From positions 62,001-126,000 of the forward strand of contig NIVC01000867.1 in NCBI GenBank assembly GCA_002269645.1: DNA of 64,000 bases. Direction: 5' to 3'. Made by a program: the position numbers and the translations under genes. Of this stretch, positions 47,535-59,710 are shown one piece after another (the stretch's first letter is position 1; every line of letters starts with the position of its first letter). This stretch comes from Macrostomum lignano (lineage: Eukaryota). A model generated the notes under the pieces. It did no database searches. It was not told where the DNA came from and saw nothing but the letters and a program-made list of their open reading frames with translations.

Positions 47535-47825
47535 TTACACCTGTCTACAATTGGGACAGATGTGCAACCGACAGCTCAGCCGCAGCTATTGCGTGGCGCA
47601 TCTGAAGGCTGCGTACGGCTGTTCAGTCCAAGGACTGGGGGGTCGCCACACACCCTCAATTACCCCAGCTAATGCTGGCACCCATTTTACAGCTGGGTGA
47701 ACTGAAGTAATGCAGACTTAACTGTAAAGTGCTCAAGAATACAAGTTACTCCGAATGGGTCGAGAATCGAACCCCCGACCTTTCAGTCGTGAGTCCGACG
47801 CTCATAGCCACACTAGGCTACAAGC
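47535..47825 (-). mobile_element. tRNA-derived SINE, family A, copy 2
   Basis: Closely matches 15505-15798. Confidence 0.85.
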
Positions 47826-48518
47826 TACCGAAGATTCTTAAGAAAGGAGATGTTCTGGGCGAGATTCCAGTTGTTCCAATCGCTAGTAACCTATTAATCC
47901 AGTAGTCGGCTCATGGCTGCGGACCAGATGAAAGGAAAGGAAGACTTTTTTAGTGTAGTCCCGATAAAACTCGTTGACTGGAATCTAGCTTCCATTCTCG
48001 GTAGGGGCGGAATCGGGGAATGTTGGTTAATATACTAATTAGCTCGCAGCCGCTTCCTACTAAAAAAGGGGCCGACTTTACTATATGCTAGCGCCGAAGC
48101 CTAGACCCCCATGTGACTTGATTGATTGCCTGTTATCCAGAGTGTATCAATCAATTTACTCATATATAATTATATAGCCTTAGTAGGCTTCCCCTCTCAA
48201 ATCCTTCCTATTCAGGCTCTTTCCCTCCTAACCAATCCCCATATATTTATACATAAATACAGTGGGTTATCTTTGTCTGGGTTTTGCCCTCCCCCCACGG
48301 CCCCTCCGCTTGACCGCTGGAGTGTAAAGCAGCCTACATATTGTAGCTAATGGTATTGTGTGTGTGTGTGTGTGTGTGTAGTACGCACTGCATTCTATAG
48401 ATAGAAAGTTGTTTGAAGTGTGCTTACTTCAATGGGCGCTATAGGCCTTATCTGGCGTGTGTATGATCTGTTAATTCACTTGTACTTTGCTTATTTAGAG
48501 TTCCTTTGTCCTTTCATC

Positions 48519-50074
48519 CAGGGGCGTCATCACCGAGGGGGGGGGCAGACAGGGGGTCATGTCCCCCCCCCCCCAGTAAAAGCTATGAGGGGACAATGGG
48601 ACTTTCTAATGCTTTGTCCTCCCAACCCCACCTTGTAACCCGTTATAGAAATAAAAAAAGTTCGCTTCAGGGCGACAAAACTCAGTGCCTGCGGTGCTAA
48701 AATGAGCGCCTGCGGAGCTAAAATGAGCGCCTGCGGAGCTAAAATGAGTGCCTGCGGTGCTAAAATGAGCGCCTGCGGAGCTAAAATGAGTGCCTGCGGT
48801 GCTAAAATGAGCGCCTGCGGAGCTAAAATGAGTGCCTGCGGTGCTAAAATGAGTGCCTGCGGCGCTAAAATGAGTGCCTGCGGTGCTAAAATGAGCGCCT
48901 GCGGAGCTAAAATGAGTGCCTGCGGTGCTAAAATGAGCGCCTGCGGAGCTAAAATGAGTGCCTGCGGTGCTAAAATGAGCGCCTGCGGCGCTAAAATGAG
49001 TGCCTGCGGTGCTAAAATGAGTGCCTGCGGCGCTAAAATGAGTGCCTGCGGTGCTAAAATGAGTGCCTGCGGCGCTAAAATGAGTGCCTGCGGCGCTAAA
49101 ATGAGTGCCTGCGGCGCTAAAATGAGTGCCTGTGGCGCTAAAATGAGTGCCTGCGGCGCTAAAATGAGTGCCTGTGGCGCTAAAATGAGTGCCTGCGGCG
49201 CTAAAATGAGTGCCTGCGGTGCTAAAATGAGTGCCTGCGGCGCTAAAATGAGTGCCTGCGGTGCTAAAATCAGTGCCTGCGGCGCTAAAATGAGTGCCTG
49301 CGGTGCTAAAATGAGTGCCTGCGGTGCTAAAATGAGTGCCTGCGGCGCTAAAATGAGTGCCTGCGGCGCTAAAATGAGTGCCTGTGGCGCTAAAATGAGT
49401 GCCTGCGGCGCTAAAATGAGTGCCTGCGGTGCTAAAATGAGTGCCTGCGGCGCTAAAATGAGTGCCTGCAACGCTAAAATGAGTGCCTGCGGCGCTAAAA
49501 TGAGTGCCTGCGGTGCTAAAATGAGTGCCTGCGGTGCTAAAATGAGTGCCTGCGGCGCTAAAATGAGTGCCTGCGGCGCTAAAATGAGTGCCTGCGGTGC
49601 TAAAATGAGTGCCTGCGGCGCTAAAATGAGTGCCTGCGGTGCCAAAATGAGTGCCTGCGGCGCTAAAATGAGTGCCTGCGGCGCTAAAATGAGTGCCTGC
49701 GGTGCCAAAATGAGTGCCTGCATGCGGCGCCAAAATGAGTGTTTGCGGCGCTAAAATGAGTGCCTGCGGTGCCAAAATGAGTGCCTGCATGCGGCGCCAA
49801 AATGAGTGTTTGCGGCGCTAAAATGAGTGCCTACGGCGCTAAAATGAGGGCCTGCGGCGCTAAAATGAGTTCCTGCGGCTCTAAAACGCCTGCCTGTGGC
49901 GCCAAAATGAGTGCCTGCAGCGCCAAAATGAGTGCCTGTGGCGCTAAAATGAGCGCTGACAACACCGATTCTCATAATAATGTGTATGTAGGAATTTAGT
50001 CATGTACATATAGAATTCTTGGCTTCGTGACCCCACCCCCACCCTCCACCATAAAATCCATGGCGACGCCACTG
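48519..50074. mobile_element. hAT-type MITE carrying an internal 21-bp tandem array
   Basis: TIRs CAGGGGCGTC / GACGCCACTG; 8-bp TSD CTTTCATC vs CTTTCCTC (7/8). Confidence 0.85.
48685..49950. repeat. 21-bp minisatellite (CTAAAATGAGTGCCTGCGGCG) inside the MITE
   Basis: About 60 copies; explains the MSACGAK/APQALIL ORFs. Confidence 0.97.
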
Positions 50075-50534
50075 CTTTCCTCGATATTCCACTGACTTCA
50101 TGCAGCTAAAATTATATCTTTATTTCCATTTTTATGCCATCCTAATACTCGTAGTCCTAGCTGGCCAATCTACTCAAAAACAGAATTAATTCAGTTAATG
50201 ACTGCAGTGCGCGATCTTACAGTCACTTCAGATACATATAATAAGTAAACTGATTCACATTAACTCAGATAAAATCAGACTTAGCTGCTTACTGTCTGCC
50301 TCTTTCTGCGGGATCCTTCTCTTCTCATCGTACTGGTATCAGTCAATCTCCCTTGATTGAATTTGTTTGCCCTCTCCGTCTGGGACTGGGAGATCTATCT
50401 TGAAGCTTAAGTATAGTGCAGTCTATTCTGCTTATAAGTGCAGCTCGCCTTTTTTATGGCCTTGGATTAGTCTGTCTGCATAAATTGAATTTATCTATTT
50501 TATTCTCTGCTCAGCTTTTGCTTTCCATTCTCAT

Positions 50535-51480
50535 GGCGGATTAGAAGCGATTCTAATGGTGGATTAGGAGTGATTCTCATGGCGGATTAGGAGCGATTCT
50601 AATGGTGGATTAGGAGTGATTCTTATGGTGGATTAGGAGTGATTCTTATGGTGGATTAGGAGTGATTCTCATGGCGGATTACCAGTGATTCTTATGGTGG
50701 ATTAGGAGTGATTCTCATGGCGGATTAGGAGCGATTCTAATGGTGGATTAGGAGTGATTCTCATGGCGGATTACGAGTGATTCTCATGGTGGATTAGGAG
50801 TGATTCTCATGGCGGATTAGGAGCGATTCTAATGGTGGATTAGGAGTGATTCTCATGGCGGGATTAGAAGTGATTCTCATGGCGGGATTAGAAGTGATTC
50901 TAATGGCGGATTAGGAGTGATTCTCATGGCGGATTACGAGTGATTCTCATGGTGGATTAGGAGTGATTCTCATGGTGGATTAGGAGTGATTCTCATGGCG
51001 GATTAGGAGTGATTCTCATGGTGGATTAGGATTGATTCTCATGGCGGATTAGGAGTGATTCTTATGGTGGATTACGAGTGATTTTCATGGTGGATTAGGA
51101 GTGATTCTCATGGTGGATTAGGAGCGATTCTCATGGTGGATTAGAAGTGATTCTCATGGCGGATTAGGAGTGATTCTCATGGCGGATTAGGAGCGATTCT
51201 TATGGTGGATTAGGAGTGATTCTCATGGCGGATTAGGAGCGATTCTCATGGCGGGATTAGAAGTGATTCTCATGGCGGGATTAGAAGTGATTCTAATGGC
51301 GGATTAGGAGTGATTCTCATGGCGGATTACGAGTGATTCTTATGGTGGATTAGGAGTGATTCTCATGGTGGATTAGGAGTGATTCTCGTGGCGTATCAGG
51401 AGTGATTCTCATGGTGGATCAGGAGTGATTCTTTGGTGGATTAAGGAGTGATTCTCATGGACGGATCAGGAGAGATTCTC
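50535..51480. repeat. 23-bp minisatellite (GGATTAGGAGTGATTCTCATGGC)
   Basis: Direct inspection. Confidence 0.95.
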
Positions 51481-52074
51481 AGATGTGGCATTAGTAGCCA
51501 CTCTTTAGGATACATGATGTAAATTCAACTCTGGGAGCAAAAAATCACATTTTCGTCCATCTTTACCAGGCCCAGCAAAAGTTGACGCTTCGCACTATAA
51601 ATTTATGCAATACCTAAATTTGATAATTGTGACGCTGAACATTAAAAGGTAGCTCGTAGAAAATTTTATAACTTCCTAATTTTATTTTCTTATAAACTGC
51701 CGCTAAACCTGGGTTTATAATCGCAAATTTGGTACACCCAGCAGATCCCATTGCCTCATTTATCAAGGATCCCGCTTCCCCTCTAGTGGCTTAACGATGC
51801 CAGTCTCGTTACCGGAGGTTTTATAAGCGATTCCTCAAGACTTTTAGGGCTGCGGAAGGGGTTCCGCAGTAAATGTAATTACAGGAAGGCAGGAACAATT
51901 GCTTGATGGCAGACTCGAGGCTAATAAACTGGATAAGCCTGCCAATTATTATTGATCTGCCAATGCTCGCCGAGCAATATAGGATAGCTGTTAGCAAATT
52001 TTACACCACCGTGGTTCGTTGGCTGGACATTTAGATTAACCTAACTTAGCCAGCTATTTCATGAGACTGCCTAG

Positions 52075-52102
52075 GGACAGACAGACAGGCAGACAGACAG
52101 AA

Positions 52103-52189
<87 letters not shown>

Positions 52190-52210
52190 AAGACAGACAG
52201 ACAGACAGAA

Positions 52211-52291
<81 letters not shown>

Positions 52292-52380
52292 CACAGACAG
52301 ACACACACACAGACAGACAGACAGACAGACAGAAAGACAGACAGAAAGACAGACAGACAGAAAGACAGACAGACAGAGAC
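52075..52380. repeat. (GACA)n microsatellite
   Basis: Direct inspection. Confidence 0.97.
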
Positions 52381-53084
52381 ACTAATTTGAAAAGTTCGAC
52401 GATTTTGTTAAATCGCACTAAATGCATTAAGAACTTCGTTAACTACTTTCTTACTTCAGGGAAATTCCTTTAAACTGTGCACTCCTGCACACAAAGTGTA
52501 TATCAACTTCATCCAGAGTCGTATATCTAGTGACTACATGTACATCTTCATGCTAGACGCAGGGAGCTACAATCTATCTCGTAACACACGGCACAGGACA
52601 GGCAGACAGGCCAGAAATAATTAGCTGACTGTTTTACCGTTTCGGGTTTTTCTTCACTTCTATGCGAGTGTACCAGGCCATTTCACTGGCAAAAATACTG
52701 AGACAGGCCGCATACAGAAATGCACAACGCAGCTGGAAACATATAGCATATACTGTAGGTCGCGTCCCAGCCTCCTATCCTGCCATGCAGCTTGCTTCTT
52801 TCGCTGTTGTTCTGGCACCCACAGGGCCATGCAGATGTGCTAGCCTTACATTATAGCTCGCATAGTTCGGAAATAAACAGATGGCGTGTGGCGTATAGGA
52901 CGCTATGGCGTGTTGCACATATGTGATAGCGAGCCTCATCTTGAATTATGTATAATGTATCTATAGTTTTGGTCGACAGCTGTAACTTTGGTAAACTTAA
53001 GAGGCAGATATTCTATATGGCTATGGGTACTGTATTTGTATTTACATGTTATTTGTCTATCGCCCTTGCATAGTGAGTAATTGC

Positions 53085-53855
53085 GGCGCCAAAATGAGTG
53101 TCTGGCGACACTAAAATGAGTGCCTGGCGACGCTAAAATGAGTGCCTGGCGACACTAAAATGAGTGCCTGGCGACGCTAAAATGAGTGTCTGGCGACACT
53201 AAACTGAGTGCCTGGCGACGCCAAAATGAGTGCCTGGCGACGCTAAAAAGAGTGCTTGGCGACGCCAAAATGAGTGCCTGCGACGCCAAAATGAGTGCCT
53301 GGCGACGCCAAAATGAGTGCCTGGCGACGCTAAAATGAGTGCCTGCGGGGCTAAAATGAGTGCTTGCGGGGCTAAAATGAGTGCCTGGCGACTCTAAAAT
53401 GAGTGCCTGGCAACGCTAAAATGAGTGCCTGGCGACGCTAAAATGAGTGCCTGGCAACGCTAAAATGAGTGCCTGCGGCGCTAAAATGAGTGCCTGCGGT
53501 GCTAAAATGAGTGCCTGCGGCGCCAAAATGAGTGCCTGCGGCGCCAAAATGAGTGCCTGCGGCGCCAAAATGAGTGCCTGGCGACGTCAAAATGAGTGCC
53601 TGCGGCGCCAAAATGAGTGCCTGCGGCGCCAAAATGAGTGCCTGCGGTGCCAAAATGAGTGCCTGCGGCGCCAAAATGAGTGCCTGCGGCGCCAAAATGA
53701 GTGCCTGCGGTGCCAAAATGAGTGCCTGGCGACGTCCAAATGAGTGCCTGCGGCGCCAAAATGAGTGCCTGCGGCGCCAAAATGAGTGCCTGCGGCGCCA
53801 AAATGAGTGCCTGCGGCGCCAAAATGAGTGCCTGCGGCGCCAAAATGAGTGCCTT
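53085..53855. repeat. Second array of the 21-bp AAAATGAGTGCCTG minisatellite (with TGGCGACG variants)
   Basis: Same unit as 48685-49950. Confidence 0.95.
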
Positions 53856-54361
53856 GCAAATGCCTTACAAAAGTTTGCAAGTTTTGGGAATTTGGGAAGT
53901 ACGAGAGCAGTTGGTGCAGCAATTAGTCCGTACATTTATGCAACCAAGTATACTGAAAACCCCCTCTGTGCCAGAAGCATCCCCAGGAAAGCAGATAGCC
54001 GTGGGTCTTTGGCGGTCCAGCTAAGAGAAGCTACGTAGGTAAAACTGTCAGTGAATGATCGAGTGCTTTGAACGCGGAACCTACTGCACGCCACTACAAA
54101 GCGTGCAGTCCTGCAGCCTCTCTACATTTGACAGGTGATGTCGTGTCTCTGCGAGCGAGGCGTATACTGATGCAGCGGAATATCTAGGAAAAATAATGCG
54201 GTTTAGTCAGTATAGGAAACACGGTGGGGTACATGTATGCAGAGGGAGGCCGGGCCGCCACCCCCCCCCCCCCGAGAATTTGCGGTAACCACAAGCTCGA
54301 AAAATGGCTGGACCAGAAAGTTTGCTATCTATTCAAACAATTCAAGCCTAGGAGATAGGGG

Positions 54362-54840
54362 GTAGGGGCGCCAACCAGGAGACAGGGGCGCCAACCAGGA
54401 GACAGGGGCGCCAACCAGGAGACAGGGGCGCCAACCAGGAGACAGGGGCGCCAACCATGAGACAGGGGCGCCAACCAGGAGACAGGGGCGCCAACCAGGA
54501 GACAGGGGCGCCAACCAGGAGACAGGGGCGCCAACCAGGAGACAGGGGCGCCAACCAGGAGACAGGGGCGCCAACCATGAGACAGGGGCGCCAACCAGGA
54601 GACAGGGGCGCCAACCAGGAGACAGGGGCGCCAACCAAGAGACAGGGGCGCCAACCAGGAGACAGGGGCGCCAACCAGGAGACAGAGGCGCCAACCAGGA
54701 GACAGGGGTGCCCACCAGGATACAGGGGCGCCAACCAGGAGACAGGGGCGCCAACCAGGAGACAGGGCCGCCAACCAGGAGACAGGGGCGCCAACCATGA
54801 GACAGGGGCGCCCACCAAGAGACAGGGGCGCCCACCAAGA
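54362..54840. repeat. 20-bp minisatellite (GACAGGGGCGCCAACCAGGA)
   Basis: About 24 copies. Confidence 0.97.
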
Positions 54841-56285
54841 ACCATGGGCACCCGCCAAGAACCACGAGTGCTTTTCAAGACACCGAATGTCGGTGCTCCT
54901 TTTGGTTGCGGCCCTTCCAATTAAAATGGTCACACACCTACTGACCCTAAGTAGGTCACGGCCGCGTCCGCGGAGAGGGTGGGGTGGGGGATCAAATGGC
55001 CACACACCCACAACCCCACCGCAAACCGCATTTACTTAAAAGTGCACAACAAAACTGTTATAGATTATAAAAACATTTATAAATTAGCATTGATATTTGG
55101 GATTATGGCTTATGTCCAATACGGGAACCCACTTAATGCACAAACCAATTATTTAAAGCAGGGGTCAGCAGGGTCGACCGGTGGGTCACTTACGGCCCGC
55201 TAAGCCTGTCTATTCGGTCCTCGGGTTCTTTCAAACTTCACTTAAAACTTTAAAATTCGAGTTAGTGGTCCCTTCTCAGCTCCCTTTTTCTCTTAATCTC
55301 CTCTCTTTCTCTTCTCTTTCCTCTTCCCCTTTTTATTTTCTTGCCTCTCCTTTCTCCCATATCTCATCTCTCTTCTTTATTATCTCTTCTCTCTCCCCGC
55401 AGTTATGCGCTAGATTCTCTACCTTGCAGGCCCTTGAGGTAAAATAATTTAGCTGGACCATGATTTAAAGGAAAACTTAGGGTCTTTTAATATGCAACTG
55501 TTGTAATATTTAAGTTGCACTGCAAGCATTCATACAGGCTGTTATATATTAGTGTCATTATAGCAAAATGTATTAGAGCTAAACCAAATACCATTACATG
55601 CATGCGTTCACAGAAAGTCAACGGAACTTTCTAAGCGCTTTAGATGCCCATACAGTATGTGTGGGTAGGTATGCATGCGTGCATATATGCTAGTCTGGTA
55701 TGGCGTTGCTGCTGCTGTGTGCGGCAAAGTCACGTACAAAAATACAGAAGCATCGCGTTCTTTGCAGACGAACCGTTCTTTTCACTACCCACCACTGCAA
55801 CCCACCCTCCCCCTTCAGCGATGACAGGCATGGGGCGCCTCTGCGGTATAAAGCCTATAGCCAAAAATAAGGAGCCAAAAGCAAAATTTCATTTCGAGGC
55901 TGGAGATGCAGCAGCGTCTGCCTGGATGCTTCGATCCCCCGAGGAGCTTTGTAATTGGCTATAATTTGCAGTTGCCCCCATGGTTCCATGCTTGTTGGCT
56001 TTTAGTTGTAGTTTCTTTTAGCTTGCTACAGACATATTCCCATAAACTGCGAACTTGCTAAAAATATGCTGCAAAAATATTTGATACAATTCTTGAAATA
56101 AAACTCTAACGCCGCTTTTCATACTACTGAAAGTAACAGTTTTAATGAATACATGTATACAACACAAAGCTTCATATATGTATGCACTGAACTGGATAAA
56201 CATAAAGAATTATCTACATTTATTAGTTATTGACATGTCTCTGAATTAGTCAATGACAACTGACAAATAGTAGTGACGTCTGTGC

Positions 56286-57470
56286 ATGCCTGACAGGGCC
56301 ATCGCTAAGTGCAAGCTCCTGCCTCACACTGACCTTTGCCTCAAAGACTTGAGAGACGGCGGCGGGCTCCAAGTCTTATCTGACGGTGAATCCCGCACTC
56401 TGAACCTCTTTCAGCGCTACAAGGTCACCATCCCCTCTAGGGATGCTGCCACTGACCACTGGAACTTCCAGGAGGTCCATTGCTGCACGGACGGATCCAT
56501 CAAAGACGGCCGCGCCGGCTTTGGGGTCTGCATCATCATCAACGGCCGCGCCATGCACACTGGCAGACTCTCCACAGTCTTCCAGAACGAATTCCTTGCC
56601 ATCAGCTCCTGCGCTGCAGAGCTGAACGTCAAGGGTACGAGAGGAGACTATTGTCATCCACTCCGACAGCCAAGCGGTTCTACAGGCCCTTTGCCACACC
56701 ACAACGAACTCCCGGACAGTCGCCGACTGCGCCGACTGCTCAACCTCCTGGCCAGTAGCAATACTGTTACTGACTAAAGTGGATCCCATGGCATACAGGC
56801 TTTCTGGGGAACGAGCTGGCAGACACCCCCACCAAGAGGGGCGGCTCTGGCTCTTTCTTTGGCCCTGCCCCCTTGATCCCTATGCCCTCGACGGTCATCA
56901 ATCGTCAGATCGATGACTGGGCTGACTCCCTCCACAGGGACAGATGGGCGGGCACCCAAAAACTGCCGACAATCTCGTGCCGCGGTTTCGTGCCCCTCTC
57001 GCAGGCTCAGAAACGTCCTTCTGAAGCAAAATCAGAAGGATATTTGAGCCCTTGTCATGACCCTCACCGGCCATGGCTACCTCGCCAGGCACTGCTTCCT
57101 CCGAGGCGACCTCGAGATTAAACTTTGCCCCTTTTGCGAGTACGACAATGAAGATGCTCAGCACTTTGTTTGTCACTGCCCTTTCTTTACCAGAGACCGG
57201 CTACGCTACCTCGGGCCGAACCCGTCCATTGACGAGGTCTGCCAGCCTGACAGCATCTCACGACTCATCCAGTTCCTTCGAGCGACAAGACGAGCCAGTT
57301 TCTTCCCCACGGAAGATCACGCTGCAGGACGGACCGGCGGACCCCCCTGACCGGCCCATACGCCTCTGCCTGTCTGCGGGCCTTCAGGGGCTACCGGAAT
57401 GGGCGACCCTCGCCTCCCCGCTGTGTCTACGGACCAATCTGCAGCTAGCTATATAAGCCAAGTAAGTCAG
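56286..57470 (+). pseudogene. 3' fragment of a non-LTR retrotransposon with RNase H and CCHC motif (I/R1/Loa-like group)
   Basis: CTDGS...GFG, TVFQNEFLAI, frameshifted SDSQA/KWIP/GNELAD, LTGHGYL...CPFCEYDNEDAQHFVCHCP; multiple frameshifts. Confidence 0.85.
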
Positions 57471-57479
57471 AGATCGGTG

Positions 57480-57660
57480 CAAGTGACGTCTGTGCAATTT
57501 AGCTATAGTGGCATCTGTCAAGTGACGTCTGTGCAATAGTTATAGTGACATCTGTGGAAGTGACGTTAGTGCAATATAGCTATAGTGACATCTGTGCAAG
57601 TGACGTCTGTTCATTTGTTATAGTGACGTCTCTGCATTAGTTAGTGACATCTCAGCAGTT
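57480..57660. repeat. Degenerate GTGACGTCTGTGCA minisatellite
   Basis: Direct inspection; one more unit at ~56273-56286, left of the LINE. Confidence 0.8.
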
Positions 57661-58755
57661 TGGGACGTATCTTCAAAAACTAGTGCTTCAATTTGTCTTA
57701 CGATTGTTAGTATAGATTCACGTGAAATTAATATTTATGTAGAATTGTAAGGACAAACGGAAAAATGACACGAGAAACTACTGGTTTTGTATGAGGAACT
57801 TAAAGCTGGTGGTAGTGACCGTAAAAGAGTTTAGTTGAAATGGTATTTTTGTATATTTGTACTTTTGCAAGGTAAGATTGTATCATTAAATTATTATTCT
57901 CAAGAGAGCTTACAGACGTTTATTTTAAAAGAAATGTTTTAGCTTTTTTATCTAATTGTTCATGTTTTTAGACGTCATTAGAATCAGTAAGAATGCATGT
58001 ACATGAACAATAAATTTACATAAAATCGAGAACGTAGCGGAAATATAAATATTAATATTGACATGCTAGGGTAGACCGTACATTATTGCATGAAGAAAAA
58101 GATATTTCATTTTAATGGATGATTAGCAAAACGAATATTCCTTAATGAACGTTTAATTGTTCAACTATTTTGAAGCGTGTCGTGTTAAAATGATTTTTTA
58201 TAGAATTAAACAAATGTATGGCCGTCAAATTGCTTTCCTTTTTAAGAAGATTGTAAAAGTCATTTTACAGCTTGATGTGTTACAATACGAATAAATAAAT
58301 AGGATTTTGTAAGTTGCGAATTAATTGAGATGCATTAATTGATTATGTCGATATTGTGTAAAGTCTAACGCCGACAAGCTCAAAAACTGATTATGACGAA
58401 AATTAGGTTAGTATGGTAAACATACTGGTAAAAAGATGATAGTTACTGACACTGGAAATTGGTGAAAAGAAATTAATAAGTGGATTAAATATTATTAAGA
58501 TCGGGGTCTCTAAATACTAGGTACATGTATTAACGACCTTCAGATTGGTAATAAAGGACTCTAAAGTTAATATTGGTTGCAAGCATTCCCCAGTCATACG
58601 GTGTTAAAAAGAGTACACTTCTGACTTTAAAATCTTAAAATGTTACGACTACTTCCGAAACTGTGTTATCTAGCTCGTAAGATGGTCTTTGTTTTGACTT
58701 TATTTTGATCGCTTTATCATTCAAGAGGATAGCTCCTCAGCGCAAGGATCCTATA

Positions 58756-59001
58756 CTACTCGTCAGTGAACACGAGGTGGCCGGAGAAGGCCGAATAAGA
58801 ATAGCCGTGCAGATACCAGACCGGTACGTAGGTCTTGTCCGAAGACCAATACTGACGGTACTGCACCCAGACAGTGTCGAGGCGCTGCAACCGCACCAGG
58901 ATCTGGTTGCTGGTGTCGCCCCAGTCTGGCACAGACTGGCACCACAGCGGGAACAGGAGCCGTTTCTGACTGCCGGAGCCAGTCATCACGTGAACTGCGG
59001 C
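58756..59001 (-). CDS. Terminal exon of a C1q-domain protein
   Basis: TTTCAG acceptor then ...TSNQILVRLQRLDTVWVQY...LHGYSYSAFSGHLVFTDE*, which matches the C-terminal strands of C1q domains. Confidence 0.72.
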   Translation of the reverse strand, partial: AAVHVMTGSGSQKRLLFPLWCQSVPDWGDTSNQILVRLQRLDTVWVQYRQYWSSDKTYVPVWYLHGYSYSAFSGHLVFTDE

Positions 59002-59359
59002 CTGAAAGAAAACAGTTTTTTGCAGAGAAAATCTTAATTTTAAGGAATTGATGATGTGTACATGTACGTGGTTAAAAAAATAAAAATGAACTGAATTCAT
59101 CTAAAAATGCATATGCAACCGTATAAATGACTGTTGCTGTTACTGATAACAAATCAACAGTAAATGAATACGCAGATTATTTTGAAATTTGTGCAAGCTA
59201 AATTTGTCTGGTACCAATTCGTAAAAATTAAGTGAGATCGTAAAACACTACTCTCGTACGTACTACACATGTACAGTACGTGTATCTATGTGTGCATGTA
59301 CATTTAAAAATTCCCACCATATGTATATATTACATCTCAATCGCACTCTATCACCTTCT

Positions 59360-59710
59360 AACCCATCCAGTCACTCTCACCCAGTCACTCTCACTCTCAC
59401 TCATGCAGTCACTCCCACTCTTACTCGTGCAGTCACTCTCACTCTCCCTCAGTCACTCTCACCCAGTCACTCTCTCTCTCACTCATCCAGTCACTCTCCC
59501 CCAGTCACTCTCTCCCAGTCGCTCTCACCTAGTCACTCTCACCTAGTCACTCTCACCTAGTCACTCTCCCCTATTCACTCTTTCCCAGTCACTCTCTCCC
59601 ACTCGCTCTCACCTAGTCACTCTCACCTAGTCACTCTAACCTAGTCACTCTCCCCCATTCACTCCTCCCCAGTCACTCTTTCTCAGTCACTCTCACCCAG
59701 TCTAACCAGT
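59360..59710. repeat. ~14-bp CT-rich minisatellite (AGTCACTCTCACCT)
   Basis: Direct inspection. Confidence 0.9.

Noticed and set aside
48557-49999. 350-394 aa ORFs on both strands (MSACGAK / APQALIL)
   Set aside because: They come from a 21-bp tandem repeat inside a non-coding MITE
51851-51872. Perfect 8-bp hairpin CTGCGGAA-GGGG-TTCCGCAG
   Set aside because: Isolated; no associated gene or element, and expected by chance in 64 kb
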